Assembly (NCBI GenBank): GCA_000505065.1
Contig: AWSN01000001.1
Span: forward strand, 487,772-551,771
Length of the DNA stretch: 64,000 nucleotides
Source: Parcubacteria bacterium RAAC4_OD1_1
GTDB lineage: Bacteria > Patescibacteriota > Minisyncoccia > Phycocordibacterales > UBA9973
Reading direction: 5' to 3'
Part shown: piece by piece, positions 56,675-64,000 of the stretch
Layout of the letters: the number at the start of each line of letters is the position of its first letter
How positions within the stretch are numbered: the stretch's first letter is position 1
Made by a program: the position numbers and the translations under genes
Notes under the pieces: generated by a model
What the model was told of the DNA's origin: nothing
What the model saw: the letters and a program-made list of their open reading frames with translations, nothing else
The model's database searches: none

Positions 56675-58504
56675 ATGGGAATTTTTTCATCATTATTTAA
56701 TAAAAAAAACGATAATACAAAGAGTAGCAAAACTCCGATCCTTCCAGATGAGGTCTATAAAGCTGCTGAACTCGAACTCCAAGACATAGTAGCCCCATCA
56801 GCGCTTCAAATAACCCCCAAATCATTAAATTTAGGAGATAAGATAGCCAGAACATTTTTTGTTATCTCATATCCTAGATACCTTACAGATAATTGGTTTT
56901 CTCCGGTTATAAACCTAGATAAAGTTTTTGATGTTTCTATTTTTATACATCCTATTGAAACCGCTGAAATATTAAGATCTTTCCAAAAGAAAGTTGCTGA
57001 AGTGCAAAGTCAGATATCTATCAGGGAATCAAAAGGTTTAGTTCGAGACCCAATGCTAGACACAGCCTATCATGACTTAGAAGAATTGAGGGACAACCTT
57101 ATGCAAGCCCAAGAAAGGATGTTTAATGTGGGCCTTTATATAACGGTCTATGCAGATAATGAAAATGATTTATTTAAAATAGAAAATGAAATTAAATCTA
57201 TTTTGGAATCCAAGCTTGTTTATTTAAAACCTGCTCTTTTCCAACAAGTAGAAGGTTTTAAAAGTGTAATTCCACTCGGTACAGATATGCTTGCTGTTCA
57301 TCAAAAATTAAACACTGAGCCACTTTCTAGTATTTTTCCATTTGTATCTTTTGATCTTACTTCAGATAATGGAATACTTTATGGTGTAAACAGACATAAT
57401 TCTAGTTTGATTATTTTTGACAGATTTTCACTTCCAAACTATAACTCTATTACTTTTGCTACTTCTGGTGCTGGTAAATCATATGCCACTAAACTAGAAA
57501 TTCTTAGAACTTTAATGTTTGACACAGAAGTAATAGTTATAGACCCAGAAAGAGAGTATGAATACCTTGCAGAAGCAGCAGGAGGAAGGTATTTTAATAT
57601 TGCACTTTCTTCAGAACACCATATAAATCCTTTTGATCTACCAATTCCTACCAAAGACGAAACGGGAGCTGATGTTCTTCGAGGGAACATTATAAACCTT
57701 GTCGGTCTTTTTAGAATAATGCTAGGAGGTTTAACACCTGAAGAAGATTCAATAATAGACAGGGCAATAACTGAAACATATGCTTTAAAAGACATTACAG
57801 CAGAATCAAATTTCTCAAATATCGAGCCACCATTATTATCTGATTTTGAAATGGTCCTAGCTGGTATGGAGGGAAGTGAATCATTAATGCAAAGACTCAC
57901 CAAATACACCAAAGGATCTTGGGCATCTTTCTTAAACCAACCATCAAATATAAACATAAATCATAAGTTTATAGTTTTTTCTGTGAGAGATATGGAAGAT
58001 GAGCTCAAACCAATTGCAATGTATATTGTTACACATTATATTTGGAATTCTGTCAGAAAAAATATAAAGAAAAGACTACTTGTGGTAGATGAAGCCTGGT
58101 GGATGATGAAATCAGAAGATACAGCTTCCTTCTTATATTCTATAGCTAAAAGAGGCCGTAAATACTATTTAGGGCTAGCTACAATTACTCAGGATGTGGG
58201 TGACTTTATGAAAAGTAATTATGGTATTCCTATTATTACAAACTCTTCAATACAACTCCTACTAAAACAATCTCCTTCAACAATAGACGCTCTTCAAAAT
58301 ACTTTTAATCTCACAGATGAAGAAAAGTATCTACTTCTTGAAGCAAACACAGGGGAAGGAATATTTTTTGCTGGACTCAAACACGTAGCTGTAAAAGTAA
58401 TCTCTTCTTATACTGAGGACCAAATTATAACATCAGACCCATCTCAAATACTCTCAATTCAAAAAGCCAAAGAAGAGTTTCTTGCCTCAGGTGGCAACAA
58501 ATAA
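56675..58504 (+). CDS. VirB4-like type IV secretion ATPase, C-terminal ATPase part
   Basis: Walker A TSGAGKSY, Walker B LLVVDEAWWMM, and a downstream ATITQDVGDF motif. Confidence 0.6.
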   Translation: MGIFSSLFNKKNDNTKSSKTPILPDEVYKAAELELQDIVAPSALQITPKSLNLGDKIARTFFVISYPRYLTDNWFSPVINLDKVFDVSIFIHPIETAEILRSFQKKVAEVQSQISIRESKGLVRDPMLDTAYHDLEELRDNLMQAQERMFNVGLYITVYADNENDLFKIENEIKSILESKLVYLKPALFQQVEGFKSVIPLGTDMLAVHQKLNTEPLSSIFPFVSFDLTSDNGILYGVNRHNSSLIIFDRFSLPNYNSITFATSGAGKSYATKLEILRTLMFDTEVIVIDPEREYEYLAEAAGGRYFNIALSSEHHINPFDLPIPTKDETGADVLRGNIINLVGLFRIMLGGLTPEEDSIIDRAITETYALKDITAESNFSNIEPPLLSDFEMVLAGMEGSESLMQRLTKYTKGSWASFLNQPSNININHKFIVFSVRDMEDELKPIAMYIVTHYIWNSVRKNIKKRLLVVDEAWWMMKSEDTASFLYSIAKRGRKYYLGLATITQDVGDFMKSNYGIPIITNSSIQLLLKQSPSTIDALQNTFNLTDEEKYLLLEANTGEGIFFAGLKHVAVKVISSYTEDQIITSDPSQILSIQKAKEEFLASGGNK

Positions 58505-58548
58505 ATAGGGTTGTTTCATATTCAAAGTTATCATATAATATAAGAGTA

Positions 58549-59544
58549 ATGAGCCTAAAGACAAAAATTTTTTTATTAATTTCTATTATTGTTGGTGTTT
58601 TTACCATATCAAATTTTTCTAACGCAGAACAAGAAATTATGGTTCTTGAAAGTGATATAAATGTAGAAACTATTCCAGAAAACCCAGAACCATATCAAGA
58701 TATCACTATTATACTCAAAAGTTATGCTACTGATTTAAACAAAGCCAAAATAGAGTGGCTTATGGGTTCAAGTGTGGTCCTTTCTGGAATAGGAAAAACC
58801 AAATACTCTTTTACGGCACCAGGTCCAAATGAAACAACAACTTTTAGTGTTTCTATAACTCCACAAAATTCAATATCTAATATCTTAAAAAAAATATCAA
58901 TAAACCCATCAGAAATAGAGCTTATATGGGAAGCAGTAGATAGCTACACCCCTCCTTTCTATAAAGGAAAATCTTTTGCGAGTAGAGAGGGGAAAATAAA
59001 AGTTGTCGCAATCCCAAACACCAATACTATAAAATCTGGAAAGGGGAGTGTCTCATATACTTGGAAATATGGTGAGGGGGAGAACACAGACCAAAATGCT
59101 TCTGGCTATGGTAAGGATTATTTTATAATTAAAAACAAAGCTTTAAATACAAAAGAATATGTAAAAATTATAGCTTCTTCTGTTGATGGTAAATATAATG
59201 CAACAAAGAAAATTGAAATTCCACTGGTAAATTCAAAAATACTTTTTTACAAAAAATCTCCAACAGAAGGAGTGCTTTATAGTGAAGCAATAAAAGATGA
59301 TTCTTATTTAGAGGAAGATGAAATCACCCTCGTCGCAGAACCATACTTTTTTTCTATAGAAAATCCAAAATCAATTGTTTATAACTGGAAAGTAAACAAT
59401 AAAAGCATAGATACACCAAGTAAAAAAACTGAAGTGACTCTTCGTCCCGCTTCTCGAGGTGGGTACGCCACAATAGGGCTCACAATGGAAGATATGAGTG
59501 CCCTTTTTCAAAAAGTTACTAGTAGTATAAAAATAAATTTATAA
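58549..59544 (+). CDS. Secreted hypothetical protein
   Basis: 331 aa with a signal peptide. Confidence 0.45.
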   Translation: MSLKTKIFLLISIIVGVFTISNFSNAEQEIMVLESDINVETIPENPEPYQDITIILKSYATDLNKAKIEWLMGSSVVLSGIGKTKYSFTAPGPNETTTFSVSITPQNSISNILKKISINPSEIELIWEAVDSYTPPFYKGKSFASREGKIKVVAIPNTNTIKSGKGSVSYTWKYGEGENTDQNASGYGKDYFIIKNKALNTKEYVKIIASSVDGKYNATKKIEIPLVNSKILFYKKSPTEGVLYSEAIKDDSYLEEDEITLVAEPYFFSIENPKSIVYNWKVNNKSIDTPSKKTEVTLRPASRGGYATIGLTMEDMSALFQKVTSSIKINL

Positions 59545-59545
59545 A

Positions 59546-60955
59546 ATGAATAAAAAAATATTTTTTAAAATTCTAATATCATCAATTATCGTATTAAATA
59601 CAATAATGCCATTTAATATATCTGTTGCAAATAGTAAAAATATTGAAATAACAGTAAATCCAGATGATACTAATAATTTAGGAATAAATATTGATGGAGT
59701 TTTTAGGGTAAATGAAGAAATTTCTTCTGGTATGGTTATATATTCTATAAGTAAAAACCCTGATGATTATGCAACAAAAACAGTATTTAATGAGGAACTT
59801 AATACTAATGGTAAAGAAAGTAGTGGAATATGGTCATATAGTTTTGGACAAAAATTATATCAATACTCAAATGGTGGAAATGATCTTTTGGGTGTAGTTA
59901 AAGGGGATAAATACTATGCTACCGTAATCATAATAACTTCAGCAACATCACAACATTCTGAATATAAATATGTAAGCAATACAGTTTTGTTTACAGCTGG
60001 AACTCCATCTGAAACTCCTCCACTAGGTGGAGGTCAAATCGAAGATGAACCAATAGACATAGAAACAAGAAATAATATTGGAAATGTAAATTTAAATGAA
60101 TACCAACCTCTTGCTCCAATTCCAGGATTTACAGATGAAACAGTAAGTACTAACAACATAGGCCAATACTTCAATGTTATATTTAAATTTGCAATTGGAC
60201 TTGCTGGGGCACTTGCTGTGATAATGATAATAATAGGTGGAATTCAATATATGGGAGATGAATCAATTTTTGGAAAAACTGAGGCTAAAAAAAGAATTTT
60301 TTCTGCTATACTTGGGCTTCTTATTGCACTTGGCTCGTGGGCAATACTAAACACAATAGATCCAAATTTACTAGGAACTAAAGGATTAAAAGTAAAACAA
60401 GTTAGTTTTGAAATAGTTAACCTTCCAGATGCTGGTGATAATACTATAGACCCAGATTTTAACACTGGTTCTGGTAGTTATTCTGTAGGAACTGTTTCTC
60501 CTAGTGTCGCAAATGCAGTAACAAAATTAAAACAAGGATGGGAAATTGATGCTTTTAGAGTTTACCCTAGCAACAACAGAATGGTAATTTCATTAAAAAA
60601 AGGAAGTGAGGTAGATAATACAAATCTAATAACAATATCTCCAGGAGAAAATGGATATGCTGAAATTGGAAAAGGTGTCGTTAGGGATGGTAAAACACCA
60701 AAGGGTGAATGGAAAATATTGAGCATAAGAAAATCAAAAGATAATCAACCTGTATACAGTGCCGAAGGGGCAAATATGGGAGCAACTTTTTGGTTATTAA
60801 GTCCTACAAATAATGGAGAAAGGGGGATAGGGATGCATGGTAATAAAAATGGGACCTTGGGCGAAACAGCAGGATGTTTAAGATTAACAAATGCAGACCT
60901 ATTAGCATTATTACCATATGTAAAAACAGGAATATCTGTTAATATTAAAGATTAA
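59546..60955 (+). CDS. Secreted protein with internal VirB2/TrbC pilin-like two-helix hairpin and C-terminal L,D-transpeptidase (YkuD)-like domain
   Basis: The hydrophobic pair is FKFAIGLAGALAVIMIIIGGIQY...RIFSAILGLLIALGSWAILN. The C-terminal motif is GMHGNKNGTLGETAGCLRL. Confidence 0.45.
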   Translation: MNKKIFFKILISSIIVLNTIMPFNISVANSKNIEITVNPDDTNNLGINIDGVFRVNEEISSGMVIYSISKNPDDYATKTVFNEELNTNGKESSGIWSYSFGQKLYQYSNGGNDLLGVVKGDKYYATVIIITSATSQHSEYKYVSNTVLFTAGTPSETPPLGGGQIEDEPIDIETRNNIGNVNLNEYQPLAPIPGFTDETVSTNNIGQYFNVIFKFAIGLAGALAVIMIIIGGIQYMGDESIFGKTEAKKRIFSAILGLLIALGSWAILNTIDPNLLGTKGLKVKQVSFEIVNLPDAGDNTIDPDFNTGSGSYSVGTVSPSVANAVTKLKQGWEIDAFRVYPSNNRMVISLKKGSEVDNTNLITISPGENGYAEIGKGVVRDGKTPKGEWKILSIRKSKDNQPVYSAEGANMGATFWLLSPTNNGERGIGMHGNKNGTLGETAGCLRLTNADLLALLPYVKTGISVNIKD

Positions 60956-60958
60956 TCT

Positions 60959-62419
60959 ATGCAATCAACAAATAATAAAAAAATAATATATTTGATAATA
61001 GGGATAGTAATATTATCTGTTGCTCTTGGTTTTTATTTCTTTAAAAATAGAAATACCAACGTAGAAAAAAATGGGGATGATACAAACTATCAAAATTTTA
61101 ATCCATTTGGAAGCGGAAAAGAAACGGATGGAAATAATATAAAAGAAAATGATATAGAAAATACTAGCAATCTAGAAGAAAATTCAAAATTTAAAAAATT
61201 AACTGATTTTGCTGTGGCTGGAATAACAATCTTTGAATACGACAGACCACTTGATGGATCAAAAGTAGTAGAACCAATAAAAATTTTAATTGATTCATCT
61301 ACAAAAGATGGTAAAAAAGAAATTCAGACTTTTTTAAATAAAGAATTAAGTTTAAATCCTGCTCTTAAAATAGATGGAGTATTGGGTAAAGCTTCAATCT
61401 CTGCAATAAAATCATTCCAAAAAACAAAAACACTTCCAGAAACAGGAATGATAGACGAGGAAACAAATAAATATTTTTATAAATTAGATAATTCAAACAT
61501 ACAACAAACAGAAAAAGTAGAAGCTGTTAAATATGTAGAAAAAGCTACTGGACACATATACCAAATAGATTTAGACAAAAACACACAAAACAAAGTTTCA
61601 AATTCTACAATACCTCAAATTAATGAAGTCTTGTTTAGTGATAATGCAAAAAGTATCATTTATAGATATTTATCTGAAGATAAAACAATAAGTTCTTATC
61701 TAGCAACAATGGGGGCAACAAGTGGAAATTTTCTACCTTCAAATATTATTGAAATAGCAACATCACCAACTAAAGATAAGGTTTTTTATCTTGTTAAAAA
61801 TGAAGATGGTGTTTATGGAACTATTAGAAATTTTATAGACGGTAGAACAAATTCATTTTTTAATTCATCTTTTACAGAATGGCTTATAGATTGGGATAGG
61901 GAAGACCAAATACTCCTTACAACAAAGCCATCGTGGTCTGTAAATGGAAGCTTATTTGCTTTAAACATAAACACGGGAACTATGACAAAAATATTGGGTG
62001 GAATAAAAGGATTTACTACCACATCAAACAAAGATAATTCTTTGATTTTATATAGTTCTTCAACAAACAATGGTCCAAAATTAAATATTTTTAATATAGA
62101 CAAACATACATCTCTTGATTTAGACACTTATGGATTAGCAGACAAATGTGTATGGAGTAATGATGGTGTAAATATTTATTGTGCAATTCCTAGTAAAATA
62201 GTAGGAAATGAATATCCAGATGCTTGGTATCAAGGACTTGTTTCTTTTGATGATTTTTTTGTAAAAATAAATAGTGAAACAGGAGAGAAAGAAACCTTAG
62301 CAAATAGTATAAATAAAATAAGCTTAGATGGTGTTAATTTGTTATTAAATAAAGATGAAAGTAAAATCTTTTTTATAAATAAAAAAGATAATACATTTTG
62401 GAGTTTAGATCTTAAATAA
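60959..62419 (+). CDS. Membrane-anchored protein with peptidoglycan-binding domain (PG_binding_1-like) and C-terminal beta-rich domain
   Basis: KIDGVLGKASISAIKSFQKTKTLPETGMIDEETNKYF matches a PG-binding domain. There is an N-terminal TM helix. Confidence 0.5.
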   Translation: MQSTNNKKIIYLIIGIVILSVALGFYFFKNRNTNVEKNGDDTNYQNFNPFGSGKETDGNNIKENDIENTSNLEENSKFKKLTDFAVAGITIFEYDRPLDGSKVVEPIKILIDSSTKDGKKEIQTFLNKELSLNPALKIDGVLGKASISAIKSFQKTKTLPETGMIDEETNKYFYKLDNSNIQQTEKVEAVKYVEKATGHIYQIDLDKNTQNKVSNSTIPQINEVLFSDNAKSIIYRYLSEDKTISSYLATMGATSGNFLPSNIIEIATSPTKDKVFYLVKNEDGVYGTIRNFIDGRTNSFFNSSFTEWLIDWDREDQILLTTKPSWSVNGSLFALNINTGTMTKILGGIKGFTTTSNKDNSLILYSSSTNNGPKLNIFNIDKHTSLDLDTYGLADKCVWSNDGVNIYCAIPSKIVGNEYPDAWYQGLVSFDDFFVKINSETGEKETLANSINKISLDGVNLLLNKDESKIFFINKKDNTFWSLDLK

Positions 62420-62429
62420 ATTTAAAAAA

Positions 62430-62459
62430 TAAAACACCCGAATGGGTGTTTTATTTTTT
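62430..62459. terminator. Bidirectional terminator between gene 60959-62419 and jag
   Basis: The sequence is aaaacacccgaatgggtgttttatttttt. Confidence 0.65.
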
Positions 62460-62925
62460 AAATATTATCATTTCCTATATATTTTATTACAACTCTTCTA
62501 TTGGCTCCAAAACCCTCTGATTCAGTTTTTATATCTTTAGCTCCTTCCAAATACATATGTATTATTTTTCTTTCATATGCAGGCATTGGATCAACCTCAA
62601 TATTGCTTTTAAAGTACCTAGCACGTTCTGCCATCATATGTGCTATTGTTTTTAAATTATCAAACTTTTTCTTATTATATCCATTTATATCTATAAATAA
62701 ACCTTGAAAATCCTCATCATCTTTTTCTTTATCTACAATTTTTTGTACTATATGATTAAGTGATTTTAATGTTTCACCTTCTCTCCCTATCATAAATTTT
62801 GAATCTGGTGTCTCAATCATACACCAAAGTATTCCATTGTCTTCTGAAAACTCACAACTAGTTAAAGAACAAGCTGTATGTGTAAAAATTTTCTCAATTA
62901 TATCTTTTATTTTATCTTTATCCAT
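62458..62925 (-). CDS. jag: Jag/KhpB-like RNA-binding protein (KH + R3H)
   Basis: The R3H motif ERKIIHMYLE...GANRRVVIKY is present, in the position after yidC. Confidence 0.7.
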   Translation of the reverse strand: MDKDKIKDIIEKIFTHTACSLTSCEFSEDNGILWCMIETPDSKFMIGREGETLKSLNHIVQKIVDKEKDDEDFQGLFIDINGYNKKKFDNLKTIAHMMAERARYFKSNIEVDPMPAYERKIIHMYLEGAKDIKTESEGFGANRRVVIKYIGNDNI

Positions 62926-62937
62926 AATATATATTTA

Positions 62938-63666
62938 TTAACTATTTTTTAGTTTTCGACGAATATGCCACTCCTGTACAATAGTAAATACATTACTTGT
63001 AATCCAATACAATGCGACCGCCGCAGATGTCTGGTACGCAACAAAAGCAATAAATACAGGGAGTATGTATTTTATATTGGTTTGCATACTGTTTGAAAGT
63101 GCTTCCTGAAAATCTGGTTGTTTTTTTTCTTTTTCCTCGTTTGGTTCTTTATTTTTTAGTGGAATAGAAAGATAGCCTTGAACAAACTGACTGAGCCCAG
63201 TTAATATTGCAAGGGGAATATTCTTACTACTCATTTCTATTAAATTTAAAAATTTGGTATGACTTATTTCTGGAATATTTATAAATGAATAAATCAAGCT
63301 CTGATCTACTGTTATTCCTTTATAAAAAACATAATAAAGAGCAAAAATAACTGGCAATTGAATAAGTATTACCAAACACCCAGAGAATGGGTTTGTTCCA
63401 TATTTTTTATATAAATCAAAAGTTTTTTTAGCTTGTTCTTCTTTATTTGGATAATCTTTTTTAATTTGTTTTAATTCTGGCTCCATCTTTTTCATAAGAA
63501 TTTGACTCCTTATAGACTTTCTTGTAAGGGGGGCGAGAATTAACTTTACAATAATAGTGAGTAATATAATAGCGAAACCAATATCACCAAAAGTGACCTT
63601 ATCCATAATAAAGATAAGGGCATTATATATAGGTTGATAAAAAATTGTAGTCCAAAATGTATGCAT
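62938..63666 (-). CDS. yidC: Membrane protein insertase YidC (short form)
   Basis: 242 aa with the motif KYGTNPFSGCLVILIQLPVIFALY, adjacent to yidD. Confidence 0.8.
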   Translation of the reverse strand: MHTFWTTIFYQPIYNALIFIMDKVTFGDIGFAIILLTIIVKLILAPLTRKSIRSQILMKKMEPELKQIKKDYPNKEEQAKKTFDLYKKYGTNPFSGCLVILIQLPVIFALYYVFYKGITVDQSLIYSFINIPEISHTKFLNLIEMSSKNIPLAILTGLSQFVQGYLSIPLKNKEPNEEKEKKQPDFQEALSNSMQTNIKYILPVFIAFVAYQTSAAVALYWITSNVFTIVQEWHIRRKLKNS

Positions 63667-63709
63667 TTTTCTATTGTATCTTAAAATTCAAAAATACCAA
63701 AATTTATAT

Positions 63710-63916
63710 TCATAAAAGTGGGTCATACCTATTTTTTTGCCAAGGATGACACCTAATAATCCTTTTAATTCCTAAATAAATACCCTTCAAGGAACCATAC
63801 TTTAATATGGCCTCTTTTGTATATTCTGAGCAAGTTGGAATAAAAACACAAGAATAATGTGATTTTAAAGGTATTTTTTGATATATTTTTATTAAAAAAA
63901 CCAGAAAATCTTTCAT
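63710..63916 (-). CDS. yidD: Membrane protein insertion efficiency factor YidD
   Basis: IPTCSEY...RIIRCHPW...YDP signature; 68 aa. Confidence 0.8.
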   Translation of the reverse strand: MKDFLVFLIKIYQKIPLKSHYSCVFIPTCSEYTKEAILKYGSLKGIYLGIKRIIRCHPWQKNRYDPLL

Positions 63917-63928
63917 AATTAAAGCTTT

Positions 63929-64000
63929 TTTACTTTTTTTAATATTTTTATAATATCATCCTTTAAAATATTAGTTTCAACTAAAACACCGTCTTTTTTA
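63929..64000 (-). CDS. rnpA: C-terminal fragment of upstream gene, probably RNase P protein component
   Basis: The open frame ends KKDGVLVETNILKDDIIKILKKVKKL and its stop overlaps the yidD start. The rnpA identity rests on conserved gene order only. Confidence 0.35.

Overview
This is an AT-rich (~30% GC) bacterial chromosomal window of small, tightly packed genes that look like a reduced-genome Patescibacteria/CPR-type organism, though that is an inference and nothing was searched. The core genes are the S10 ribosomal operon plus tuf (1-5491, minus strand), nusA, a membrane H+-pyrophosphatase, trigger factor, clpP, RNase Y, HU, a tRNA cluster (Pro, Trp, Arg, Gly, all without encoded CCA) next to the CCA-adding enzyme, xth, a xerC-like recombinase, rpsO and pnp, a UvrD-family helicase, rsmA, and jag-yidC-yidD-rnpA at the 3' end. 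The accessory content is several very large secreted or surface proteins and a plus-strand gene block (46.7-62.4 kb) that looks like a type IV secretion-like apparatus. Its recognisable parts are a VirB3-like two-helix protein, a VirB4-like ATPase split across two ORFs, a VirB6-like polytopic protein, and a pilin-like hairpin fused to an L,D-transpeptidase domain. The most unusual signal is a set of GC-rich perfect palindromes that stand out from the AT-rich background, sit in frame inside protein-coding genes (yraN, xerC, rsmA, uvrD and the transposases themselves), and are associated with two IS200-like HuH (REP-associated, RAYT-like) transposase paralogs. Each transposase is flanked by its own palindrome family and also carries a copy of it internally, so this looks like a REP/RAYT system behaving like the in-frame Rickettsia palindromic elements. 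I also noted a recurring ACTAG-repeat leader motif before nusA, hppA, clpP and one other gene. Other repeats are duplicated 95-bp leaders inside the S10 operon, a two-copy ~100-bp intergenic element, and mirrored promoter modules between xerC and rpsO. A structured GC-rich leader (possible riboswitch) precedes a LysM/M23 peptidase. All calls come from reading the sequence and the ORF track only.
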